From Candidatus Methylomirabilota bacterium (lineage in GTDB: Bacteria > Methylomirabilota > Methylomirabilia > Rokubacteriales > CSP1-6), in assembly GCA_036265915.1 (NCBI GenBank), contig DATAOC010000020.1, positions 5,080 to 69,079 of the forward strand: DNA of 64,000 nt, given 5' to 3'. The translations under genes and the position numbers were made by a program. The notes under the pieces were generated by a model, which saw only the letters and a list, made by a program, of their open reading frames with translations, was not told where the DNA came from and did not search any database. How positions within the stretch are numbered: position 1 is the first letter of the stretch; the number at the start of each line of letters is the position of its first letter. Positions 35,727 to 44,276 of this stretch are shown here, in pieces.

Positions 35727-36335
35727 ATGCGGAGCCACCTCGTCGCGCTCTCCATCACTGCGGTTGCGGTGTCGCTCGTCTTCGGCGCGTGCGCCAAGCG
35801 GCCGGCCATCACGCTGGCGCCGGCTCCGCCGCCCGCCGCGGAAACACGCGTGGTTCCGCCGACGCCGCCGCCGGCGGCGCCCGCACCCGCGCCCGTCGCA
35901 CCGGCGCCGGCGCCCGTGGCTCCCGCGCCGCCGCCGCCGACTCCGGCTCCACCCGTTGCCGCCGCGGAGCCGCGTCCCGCGCCGACGGAGTTCCGCGCGG
36001 ACGCGAACGTCCGCACGGTGTACTTCGCCTTCGACAAGGCGGTGATCCGTCCCGGCGACGCGAAGATCCTCGATGCCAACGCGGCGTGGCTCAAGCAGCA
36101 CGATGTCCTCTTGATGATCGAGGGCCACTGCGACGAGCGCGGTACCGAGCAGTACAACCTCGCGCTCGGAGAGCGGCGGGCGGTGGCCGTCATGCAGTAT
36201 CTGCGCGATCACGGTGTGGCGGCCGATCGCATGTCGCTCGTCTCCTACGGTGAGGAGGCGCCCGCGTGTCAGGCCCACACCGAAGCGTGCTGGTCGAAGA
36301 ATCGCCGCGCGCAGTTCAAGATCAAGGAGCGCTGA
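35727..36335 (+). CDS. pal: peptidoglycan-associated lipoprotein (Pal/OmpA-C family) with a Pro/Ala-rich linker
   Basis: The SD is CAGGAGGAG and the lipobox is 'LVFGAC'. A linker of about 65 aa rich in P/A (APAPAPV repeats) follows. The OmpA-like domain has 'VYFAFDKAVIRP', 'IEGHCDERGTEQYNLALGERRA' and 'NRRAQF'. Confidence 0.85.
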   Translation: MRSHLVALSITAVAVSLVFGACAKRPAITLAPAPPPAAETRVVPPTPPPAAPAPAPVAPAPAPVAPAPPPPTPAPPVAAAEPRPAPTEFRADANVRTVYFAFDKAVIRPGDAKILDANAAWLKQHDVLLMIEGHCDERGTEQYNLALGERRAVAVMQYLRDHGVAADRMSLVSYGEEAPACQAHTEACWSKNRRAQFKIKER

Positions 36336-36336
36336 C

Positions 36337-37782
36337 ATGCCGACCGACGCGAGCCGGCTGCGCGCGCGTCTGAGCCATCCCGTCATCGACGCCGACGGCC
36401 ACTGGCTCGAGTACGGTCCGGTCATGCGCGAGGAGTTCCGGCGCATCGGCGGCGATGCCGCGGTGGAGGCGCTCGCGCTCGCCTCCCAGCGCGTGCCGAG
36501 CGCGCTGTCGATGTCGGTGGCCGAGCGGACGCGGCGGCGGGTCGGCCAGGAGGCGTTCTGGGCCTCACCGTCCGAGAACGTCCTCGACCGGGCCACGGCC
36601 ATGCTGCCGCGGCTCATGCACGAGCGGCTCGACGATCTCGGCATCGACGTCTCGGTCGTCTATCCGACGTCGGGGCTCAGCTTCCATCGCATGCAGGACA
36701 CGCGGCTGCGTCGCGCCATCTGCCGCGCCTACAACGTCTTCACGGCCGATCAGTTCAGCGGGCTGGGCGATCGCGTCATCCCGGCCGCCATCATCCCCAT
36801 GTACACGCCGGAGGAGGCGATCGAGGAGCTGGAGTTCGTGGTGCGGCAGCTCGGCTACAAGGTGGTCATGGTCGGCGGCATGATGCGGCGGCGCGTGCCG
36901 GCGCTCGAGGAGGAGCACCCGGAGGCTTCGAAGCTCGTCGAGTGGTACGACGTGATCGGTCTCGACAGCCCGTACGACTACGACCCCGTGTGGGCGAAGT
37001 GCCGGGAGCTGCGCGTGGCGCCGAGCTTCCACAACGGCGCGCGCTCGATCCTGCTGCGCAACTCGCCGTCGAACTTCTGCTACAACCACATCGGCCACTT
37101 CGCCTCCGCCGGGCACGCGGTGGCCAAGGCCCTGTTCTTCGGCGGCGTGACGAGGCGGTTTCCCGACCTCAACTTTGCGTTCCTCGAGGGCGGCGTGGGC
37201 TGGGCGTGCATGCTCTACGCCGACCTCATCGGTCACTGGGAGAAGCGCAACCGGGACGCGCTCGAGCTGACGAATCCCGGCCGCCTGGATCGCGCCGCGC
37301 TGCTGTTCTACGCCGAGAAGTACGGACGCGAGGCGATGGCGGCGGCCGTGCGTCGCGGCGAAGGGCTCGAAGGCGATGGCGGCAGCTCCGCGCTCACCGG
37401 TGGCATCGAGAACCTGGACGACTACTTCCGGTGCGGGGTCGAGCGGAAGGAGGACATCCGCGACCGCTTCGTGCGGCCCTACTACTTCGGCTGCGAGGCC
37501 GACGATCCCGTGAACGGCTGGGCATTCAACCGGGCGGCCAATCCGCTCGGCGCGCGGCTGAACGCGCTGTTCAGCTCCGACATCGGGCACTTCGACGTGC
37601 CGGACATGGCGGACGTGGTGCCCGAGGCCTTCGAGCTCGTCGAGCACGGCCTGCTGAGCGACGACGACTTCCGCGATTTCATGTTCGCCAACGCCGTGCG
37701 GTTCTGGGGCGAGGTCAATCCCGATTTCTTCCATGGCACGGCCGTGGAGAAGCCGGCCGCGCAGCTGCTCGCCGCGCGATGA
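36337..37782 (+). CDS. amidohydrolase-2 family metal-dependent hydrolase
   Basis: It has 'VIDADGHWLE' near the N-terminus and a TIM-barrel hydrolase-like length (481 aa). ATG is 1 nt after the pal stop. Confidence 0.65.
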   Translation: MPTDASRLRARLSHPVIDADGHWLEYGPVMREEFRRIGGDAAVEALALASQRVPSALSMSVAERTRRRVGQEAFWASPSENVLDRATAMLPRLMHERLDDLGIDVSVVYPTSGLSFHRMQDTRLRRAICRAYNVFTADQFSGLGDRVIPAAIIPMYTPEEAIEELEFVVRQLGYKVVMVGGMMRRRVPALEEEHPEASKLVEWYDVIGLDSPYDYDPVWAKCRELRVAPSFHNGARSILLRNSPSNFCYNHIGHFASAGHAVAKALFFGGVTRRFPDLNFAFLEGGVGWACMLYADLIGHWEKRNRDALELTNPGRLDRAALLFYAEKYGREAMAAAVRRGEGLEGDGGSSALTGGIENLDDYFRCGVERKEDIRDRFVRPYYFGCEADDPVNGWAFNRAANPLGARLNALFSSDIGHFDVPDMADVVPEAFELVEHGLLSDDDFRDFMFANAVRFWGEVNPDFFHGTAVEKPAAQLLAAR

Positions 37783-38552
37783 TCCGCGTCGTCGCCCTCT
37801 GCACCGGGTACATCGAGCTCGACCGCGCGAGCATGCTGTCCGACCTGGCGCCCGGACAGCCGTGGACGGTGCCGGTGACCAGCTATCTCGTGACCCATCC
37901 GCGCGGCCGGCTGCTCTTCGACACCGGCGTGCACTGCCTGGCGCGCGTCGATCCGGTGGCCCGGCTCGGCGCCGAGCGCGTCAAGCGCCTCACCGTGAAA
38001 TCCGCCGAGGGCGACGACGTGGTGAGCGAGCTCGCCCGCATCGGGCTCACGCCCGCCGACGTGCGCTTCGTCGCCAACTCGCACCTGCACTTCGACCACT
38101 GCGGCGGCAACGAGTTCTTTCCGTCCTCGACGTTCCTGGTGCAGCGGCCGGAGCTCGAGGCGGCGCGTCGGCCCGGCTTCGCGCCCGGCTACAGTCCGAG
38201 TCCGATCGACTTCGACCATCCGCTCGACTACCGCATGGTGGACGGTGAGCACGACGTGTTCGGCGACGGCAGCGTGCTGCTGCTGCCGACGTACGGCCAC
38301 ACGCCCGGGCACCAGTCGCTGCTCGTACGCGACGGCAAGAGGGCGACGCTGGTCTGCGCCTCCGACGCGTGCTACACGCGCGAGAACATGGATCGCGACG
38401 TGCTGCCGAAGATCCTCTGGGACGCGCCGGTCATGCGGGAATCCCTCGGGCGGCTTCGAAAGCTGCGGGACAGCGCGGGCGCCACGATGTTCTATGGCCA
38501 CGACCCCGCGCAGTGGGCGGCCACCCCGCGCGCGCCGGCCCCGGTGCTCTAG
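37779..38552 (+). CDS. MBL-fold metallo-hydrolase, N-acyl-homoserine-lactonase-like
   Basis: The 'NSHLHFDHCGGN' (HxHxDH) motif and 'YGHTPGH' resemble AiiA-type lactonases. The start is an ATGA overlap. Confidence 0.7.
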   Translation: MIRVVALCTGYIELDRASMLSDLAPGQPWTVPVTSYLVTHPRGRLLFDTGVHCLARVDPVARLGAERVKRLTVKSAEGDDVVSELARIGLTPADVRFVANSHLHFDHCGGNEFFPSSTFLVQRPELEAARRPGFAPGYSPSPIDFDHPLDYRMVDGEHDVFGDGSVLLLPTYGHTPGHQSLLVRDGKRATLVCASDACYTRENMDRDVLPKILWDAPVMRESLGRLRKLRDSAGATMFYGHDPAQWAATPRAPAPVL

Positions 38553-38592
38553 CGCGACTCTGCCGCAGAATCTGCTACCGTAGCGGCTCACC

Positions 38593-39708
38593 ATGCGCAT
38601 CGACGCCATCGACGTCCACTGGGTCCGGATCCCGCTCGCCTTCGTGTGGAAGACGTCATACGCCGATCAGCACGTCACCGACACGATCCTCGTCCGGCTG
38701 CAGAGTGACGGTGTGCACGCGTGGGGCGAGAGCTGCCCGCCCTACATTCCCGCGTACTCCGCCGAGCACACGCTGGCCACCTTCCACACCATCCGCGAGC
38801 ACCTCGCGCCGCGGCTCATCGGGCAGGAGGTCGGCTCGGCCGAGGATCTGCTCGATCGCCTGGCCTTCGTGAAGGGCAACCAGTTCGCGCGGGCGGCGCT
38901 CGAGATCGCGTGGTGGGTGCTGGAGGCGACGCGCAAGGGGGTGCCGCTGCACGTGGCGCTCGGGGGCGCCGGCGACACGGTGGCCGTCGGCGCCGACTTC
39001 GGGATTCAGGACTCGCTCGACGTGCTGATCGGCAAGATCCAGGGCGCCATCGACGCGGGCTTCCCGCGCATCAAGCTCAAGTTCCGGCCCGGCTGGGACA
39101 CGGACATGGTGGCGGCCGTGCGGACCACGTTCCCGAAATTCACGTTCCACATCGACTGCAATGCCGCGTACACGCTCGCCGACGCCCCGCTCTTCCGTGC
39201 GCTCGACCGCTACGAGCTGGCCATGATCGAGCAGCCGCTGGCCGATGACGGCATGAGCCTGGTGAACCATGCGGCCCTGCAGGCGCAGCTCGCGACGCCG
39301 ATCTGCCTGGACGAGAGCGGTCACAGCACGGCCCACATCGAGGCTGCCATCCGGCTCGGCAGCTGCAAGGTCGTAAACATCAAGATGGCGCGCGTGGGCG
39401 GGCTGGCGGCGTCGCGCGAGATCCAGGCGCTGTGCGCGCGGCACGGGATCCCGTGCTGGGTGGGCGGCATGCTGGAAAGCGCGATCGGTGAGGCGATCTG
39501 CGCCGAGCTGGCGACGCTGCCGAACTTCACGTATCCCGGCGACATCTTCCCGTCGTCGTATTTCTATCCCGTCGACATCGGCAAGCCGGAGATCGTCCTG
39601 AGCGGGCGCGGCCGGGTGGCCACCTCGCGCGTGCCCGGCATCGCGCAGGCGCCCGATCCCGAGCTGCTCGAGCGGTGGACCGTGCAGCACGCGTCGTTCC
39701 GGGCGTAG
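38593..39708 (+). CDS. enolase-superfamily enzyme (o-succinylbenzoate synthase / N-acylamino-acid racemase-like)
   Basis: It has the KxK motif 'RIKLKFRPG', metal ligand contexts 'HIDCNAAY', 'MIEQPL' and 'LDES', and 'NIKMARVGG'. Confidence 0.8.
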   Translation: MRIDAIDVHWVRIPLAFVWKTSYADQHVTDTILVRLQSDGVHAWGESCPPYIPAYSAEHTLATFHTIREHLAPRLIGQEVGSAEDLLDRLAFVKGNQFARAALEIAWWVLEATRKGVPLHVALGGAGDTVAVGADFGIQDSLDVLIGKIQGAIDAGFPRIKLKFRPGWDTDMVAAVRTTFPKFTFHIDCNAAYTLADAPLFRALDRYELAMIEQPLADDGMSLVNHAALQAQLATPICLDESGHSTAHIEAAIRLGSCKVVNIKMARVGGLAASREIQALCARHGIPCWVGGMLESAIGEAICAELATLPNFTYPGDIFPSSYFYPVDIGKPEIVLSGRGRVATSRVPGIAQAPDPELLERWTVQHASFRA

Positions 39709-39727
39709 ATTCCCAGGAGGAGGCAGC

Positions 39728-40456
39728 ATGAGCCAGAGCGTCGTCACCCCCGAGCGCTTCGCGCAGGGCCGGACGTTCGACGAGTACGTGCGCTACGTCG
39801 GCAGCCCGGAGAACCTGTCGCGCGAGGCCTTCGGCAGCTACTATCCGGACGGTGGCGCCATGCCGGCCACGCGCAAGGACCAGAGCGCCGTCTTCCGCGA
39901 GCGATATGCGCGCGTGCGCCTGGGCGAGCAGCAGACGGCCGCCATCAAGTGGCTCGCGGCCCAGCCGCACGGGCCCGCGAAGATTCTGGTGATCTCCGAG
40001 GACTGGTCCTCCGACTGCCGTCGCGACGTCCCCATGCTGGCGCGCGTGGCCGAGGCGGGACGCATGGAGCTGCGCATCTTCAATCGCGACGGCAAGAAGA
40101 TCCTCGGCACGCGGCGGCCCGATCCCGCCGCGCATCCGGACGGCAACCACGATCTCATGCTGGAATTCCTGAACACGAAGAACGGCGGCGCCTGGGCATC
40201 GGTGCCAGTGGCCGTCTTCTACACGGCCGAGCTCGAGGAGCTGCATCGGTACATCGAGTACCCGGCGATCTACCACAAGGACGCGATCCGCGGCCGCCAG
40301 CAGGCCGTTCGCCCCGGCGAGACGGAGGCCGAGGCGCGCGAGCGCGCGCAGCGGGAGTTCGTGGCGCTGCAGCAGTCGCCCTTCTTCGACGTGTGGGCGG
40401 CCGCCGGCGTCGACGAGATCATCAGCGCGCTCTACGAAGCGGTCACCAGCCGCTAG
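39728..40456 (+). CDS. thioredoxin-fold family protein
   Basis: 'ILVISEDWSSDCRRDVPMLARV' is the thioredoxin-like-fold family pattern with a single Cys. The SD is GGAGGAGG. Confidence 0.55.
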   Translation: MSQSVVTPERFAQGRTFDEYVRYVGSPENLSREAFGSYYPDGGAMPATRKDQSAVFRERYARVRLGEQQTAAIKWLAAQPHGPAKILVISEDWSSDCRRDVPMLARVAEAGRMELRIFNRDGKKILGTRRPDPAAHPDGNHDLMLEFLNTKNGGAWASVPVAVFYTAELEELHRYIEYPAIYHKDAIRGRQQAVRPGETEAEARERAQREFVALQQSPFFDVWAAAGVDEIISALYEAVTSR

Positions 40457-40466
40457 AGGAGCTTCG

Positions 40467-41447
40467 ATGAGCAGTGTGACGACGACCGAGCCGCGGCTGG
40501 CGCTGGAGCAGAACCTGCATCTCTACCGCCAGATGGCGAAGATCCGCGCCTTCGAGGAGCAGGTGAACGAGCTGTACAGGAGCGCCCGGATGCCGGGGCT
40601 CGCCCACCTCTACGTGGGCGAGGAGGGCGTGGCGGTCGGGGTGTGCGAGGCGCTGCGGCGCGACGATTTCATCACGAGCACCCATCGCGGCCACGGCCAC
40701 TGCCTGGCCAAGGGCGCCGCGGTGAACCGCATGTTTGCCGAGCTGCTCGGCAAGGAGCCCGGCTACTGCCGCGGCAAGGGCGGCTCCATGCACATCGCCG
40801 ATCCGGAAACCGGCAACCTGGGGGCCAACGCGATCGTCGGCGGCTCGGCCGGGATCGCCACCGGCGCCGCGCTCTCGGCGAAGATGCGGGGCAGCGGGCA
40901 GGTGGCGGTATGCTTCTTCGGCGACGGCGCGCTCGGGCAGGGCGTGCTCTACGAGGCGATGAACATGGCCGCCTTGTGGAAGCTGCCGGTCATCTACGTC
41001 TGCGAGAACAACCTCTACGGCGAGTACACCCCGTGCGGCGAGACGCTGGCCGGCGAGATCCTCGCGCGCGCGCGTGCCTTCGGCATCCAGGCCGAGACCG
41101 TCGACGGCCAGGACGTCCAGCTCGTCAACGCGACCATGCTGCGGCTCGTGGAGCGCGCCCGCCGCGGCGAGGGGCCGGCGTTCCTCGAGTGCAAGACCTA
41201 CCGGTACTACGGTCACCACGTGGGCGACGTCAATCGCGATTACCGCACGCGTGAGGAGGAGCGGCTCTGGATGACCGAGCACGATCCGCTCGAGACGCTG
41301 GCCGCGCGCCTGAAGCCGTTCGTCGACGACGGGACGTTCGAGCGCATCCTGAGCGACGTGAAGTCGGAGATCGAGCGCGGCGTCGAGTATGCGCTCGCGG
41401 CGCCGTACCCCGACGTCCGTCAGGTGGACGAGGACGTCTACGCGTGA
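40467..41447 (+). CDS. thiamine-diphosphate-dependent 2-oxoacid (pyruvate/acetoin-type) dehydrogenase E1 alpha subunit
   Basis: It has 'GLAHLYVGEEGVAVG', 'TSTHRGHGHCLAKG', 'GKGGSMH', the TPP motif 'FFGDGALGQG...NMAALWKLPVIYVCENN' and 'YRYYGHHVGD'. Confidence 0.88.
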   Translation: MSSVTTTEPRLALEQNLHLYRQMAKIRAFEEQVNELYRSARMPGLAHLYVGEEGVAVGVCEALRRDDFITSTHRGHGHCLAKGAAVNRMFAELLGKEPGYCRGKGGSMHIADPETGNLGANAIVGGSAGIATGAALSAKMRGSGQVAVCFFGDGALGQGVLYEAMNMAALWKLPVIYVCENNLYGEYTPCGETLAGEILARARAFGIQAETVDGQDVQLVNATMLRLVERARRGEGPAFLECKTYRYYGHHVGDVNRDYRTREEERLWMTEHDPLETLAARLKPFVDDGTFERILSDVKSEIERGVEYALAAPYPDVRQVDEDVYA

Positions 41448-41454
41448 GGCGCCG

Positions 41455-42438
41455 ATGCTGACGCGGCGCGCGCTGCTGCGGCTCATGTCCGCGGCGACGG
41501 CAGGGGCGGCGCTGCGGCCATCGGTGACGCTGGCGCAGCGAGGAGGACCGCCGCGCGTCGGCTGGCTGTCCTACGTGACCAATCCCGACCAGGGGCTCGA
41601 GCACCTGCGCGAGGGGCTGCGCGAGCTCGGCTACGCGGAGGGGAAATCCTTTGTCGTGGTGGCGCGGTTCGCCGACTGGGACTTCACCCGCCTGCCGCGC
41701 CTGGTGGAGGAGCTCGGCGGTGAGCGGCTCGACGTCGTCGTCTCGCGTGGACCGTCCACGGACTATCTGAAGCCGCTGCGCGCGAAGGTGCCCGTGGTCT
41801 TCGCCTACAGCGGCGACCCGGTCGTGGCCGGGTTCGCCGACGCGCTCGGCCGGCCCGGGCGCAACATGACCGGCATCACGTTCATGGCGCTGGAGCTCTC
41901 GGCCAAGCGGGTTGACGTCCTGAAGGAGCTGCTGCCGCGGGCAGGCCGGATCGCGCTCCTTTCCAACCCGGAGCACGCCGGTGAGCTCGAGGAGTACCGC
42001 GTGACGGACGAGGCCGCCCGCCGCGCCGGCGTGGTCATGACGCGCCATCTCGTGCGCAATCCCCAGGAACTGGTCGCGATGATGGCCGAGATTCGCTCGA
42101 CCCGTCCCGACGGGATGATCGTCTTTCCCGACTCGCTGACGCTGAACCGCCGCAAGGAGATCGCCGACTTCGCGGCGCGCGAGCGCATCCCGACGATGTA
42201 CGGGTGGACGGAGTTCGTGGAGTCCGGGGGTCTCATCAGCTACGGGCCCACCGTCACCGAGCACTTCAAGACGCTGGCCAAGTTCGTCGACAAGATCCTG
42301 AAGGGCGCCGACGCCAACACGCTGCCCATCGAGCAGGTGAGCCGCATCGGTCTGTCGCTCAACATGAGCGCCGTGCGGGCCATGGGCCTCACCGTTCCGC
42401 CGTCGATCCTGCTGCGTGCCGATCGCGTGATCGAGTAG
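41455..42438 (+). CDS. ABC transporter substrate-binding protein (ABC_sub_bind-like) with a twin-arginine-type signal
   Basis: The N-terminus is 'MLTRRALLRLMSAATAGAALRP'. Later blocks 'NMTGITF', 'KRVDVLKELLP' and 'LSLNMSAVRAMGLTVP' are typical of this family. Confidence 0.7.
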   Translation: MLTRRALLRLMSAATAGAALRPSVTLAQRGGPPRVGWLSYVTNPDQGLEHLREGLRELGYAEGKSFVVVARFADWDFTRLPRLVEELGGERLDVVVSRGPSTDYLKPLRAKVPVVFAYSGDPVVAGFADALGRPGRNMTGITFMALELSAKRVDVLKELLPRAGRIALLSNPEHAGELEEYRVTDEAARRAGVVMTRHLVRNPQELVAMMAEIRSTRPDGMIVFPDSLTLNRRKEIADFAARERIPTMYGWTEFVESGGLISYGPTVTEHFKTLAKFVDKILKGADANTLPIEQVSRIGLSLNMSAVRAMGLTVPPSILLRADRVIE

Positions 42439-42446
42439 ACGACCGC

Positions 42447-43409
42447 TCACGCCTCCGTGCCGCCCGCCGCCAGTGGCGCGAGCGCCGTCAGCGGATACCC
42501 GCGCTCCCGCCACGCGCGCAGGCCGCCGTCGAGCGGGTGCACGCGCGAGATCCCCCGACGTCGAAGCAGCAGCGCCACCCGGGCGCTCGACGCTTCGTTC
42601 GGTCACGTGCAGTAGAGGACGATGTCGCGCTCGCGCGGGATCTCGCGGTACCGCGCGTCCAGCTCGTCGGTGGCGAGGTGGAGCGCGCCCGGGATGATGG
42701 TCGGCTCGGCGTCGAAGTCCAGCCGGTCGCGCACGTCGACCACGACGATGTTCTCGCCCGCGTCCAGACGGCGCTTGAGCTCCTCCGGCGTGATGCGGGC
42801 GATGCGGATCTTGCGCAGGAAGCGGCGTCGCGCGACGTACTTGTAGGCAATGTACGCGGCGAAGCCGGCGACGATCATGAAGCCGACCCGGCCGCCGAGA
42901 CGCTGCGCGTACGCCGCCACGATCTCCAGCTGGTCGGTGAAGATCCAGCCGAGCGCCACCCACGCCCCCGCCCAGATCAAGCCGCCGGCCGCGGTGAAGA
43001 GCACGAAGGTCGCGAGCGGCATGCGGACGATGCCGGCCAGCGGCGGCGCCGCCGTGTTGAAGCCCGGGATGAACTTGGCCACGAGCAGTGAGGGTGCGCC
43101 GTGGGCGCTGAAGTTGCGCTCGGTGCGTCGGACGCACGAGTCGGGCTCGAGCGAGATCCGGCACAGCCAGCCGAGCACGCGCATGCCGCCGCGGCGGCCG
43201 ATCCAGTACCAGATGGTGTCGCTGATGAGCGAGGCCGTCCCGGCCGCCACGAGCACCACCGCGAAGCTGAGGCGGCCGGTCCCGGCCAGCCCCCCGGCGG
43301 CCAGTAAGAAGGGCACGGCGGGCAGCGGCAGGCCGATCTGCTCTGCGAGGACCCAGCCGAACACGATCAGATAGCCGTGTCGCGCCAGGGCGTCCGCGAT
43401 GGCGTCCAT
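42447..43409 (-). CDS. DedA-family membrane protein fused to a rhodanese-like domain, interrupted by an in-frame TGA (42603-42605): candidate selenoprotein or pseudogene
   Basis: The N-terminus 'YLIVFGWVLAEQIGLPLPAVPFLLAAG' is DedA/SNARE-associated. After the last TM comes 'ITPEELKRRLDAGENIVVVDVRD...RDIVLYCT', then TGA. The same frame continues 'PNEASSARVALLLRRRGISRVHPLDGGLRAWRERGYPL' to a TGA at 42447-42449, which completes the rhodanese fold. Confidence 0.6.
42559..42596 (-). other. RNA hairpin starting 7 nt 3' of the in-frame UGA (candidate bacterial SECIS-like element)
   Basis: The mRNA reads UGA CCGAAC GAAGCGUCG AGCGCC CGGGU GGCGCU GCUGCUUCGACG. AGCGCC/GGCGCU form 6 perfect bp closing the 5-nt loop CGGGU. 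The lower stem is either GAAGC/GCUUC or CGUCG/CGACG (5 bp each). Confidence 0.3.
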
Positions 43410-43544
43410 GACGAGCGTCCTTTCTCGAGCGACCGGCGCTGCATCGGCCTGCCGGACCGGGACCGGCGCGTGCCGCCGCTGACGTCCTGAAGATGCTCGC
43501 GCCGGGGGCCGAGGTTCACCGACGACTCGGCGGGCCGCCCGCGG

Positions 43545-44276
43545 TCAGACGCCGAGATAGTACTGCTTCACGAGCTCGTGCTCCCGCAGCGCGCTCGTGC
43601 TGCCGCCCTCGAAGGCGATCTGCCCGTGCACGATGATGTAGCCGCGGTCGGCGATCTTGGTGGCCTGGTTGAAGTTCTGCTCCGCCATGAGCACGGTCAG
43701 CTGGTACTCGTCCTTCAGCTCCTTGATCTTGGCGATGACGCGGCTGACGAGGATCGGGGCCAGCCCCACCGACGGCTCGTCGACCAGGAGCAGGCGCGGC
43801 GAGGACATCAGCGCGCGCGCGATGGCCAGCATCTGCTGCTCGCCGCCGCTCATGCTGCCGGCGAGCTGGCGGCGGCGGGCGCGCAGGACGGCGAAGGCCT
43901 CGTACGCGAAGGCGAGATTGCGTGCGATGTCGGCGCGGGCGGCCTTGCGATACGCGCCGAGCAGCAGGTTCTCCTCGACGGTGAGGCGGGGGAACAGCCG
44001 GCGCCCTTCGGGCACGAGCGCGATGCCGAGGCCGACGATCTCCTCCGTCGACTTGCGGGTGAGGTCGATGCGCTGCCCGTCCGTCTCGAGGAAGACTTCG
44101 CCCGCGGCCGGCGTGACCATGCCCATGATGCACTTGATGAGCGTGCTCTTGCCGTTGCCATTGGTGCCGAGCAGGGCGACCGTCTCGCCCTCGCGCACCT
44201 CGATCGACACGCCGTGCAGCACGCGCACGGCGCCGTACCCGGCCTCGACGCCGCGCACCACGAGCCTACTCGCCAA
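43545..44276 (-). CDS. livF: branched-chain amino acid-type ABC transporter ATP-binding protein (LivF-like)
   Basis: It has Walker A 'GTNGNGKST', signature 'MSGGEQQMLAIARAL' and Walker B 'LLLVDEPS'. Confidence 0.9.
   Translation of the reverse strand: MASRLVVRGVEAGYGAVRVLHGVSIEVREGETVALLGTNGNGKSTLIKCIMGMVTPAAGEVFLETDGQRIDLTRKSTEEIVGLGIALVPEGRRLFPRLTVEENLLLGAYRKAARADIARNLAFAYEAFAVLRARRRQLAGSMSGGEQQMLAIARALMSSPRLLLVDEPSVGLAPILVSRVIAKIKELKDEYQLTVLMAEQNFNQATKIADRGYIIVHGQIAFEGGSTSALREHELVKQYYLGV

Noticed and set aside
42488-42850. The track ORF 42488-42850(-), 120 aa, as a separate gene downstream of the DedA ORF.
   Set aside because: - It is in a different frame from the DedA-rhodanese reading frame.
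- It is Ser/Arg/Thr-rich nonsense.
- The meaningful continuation of the rhodanese domain is in the DedA frame after the TGA.
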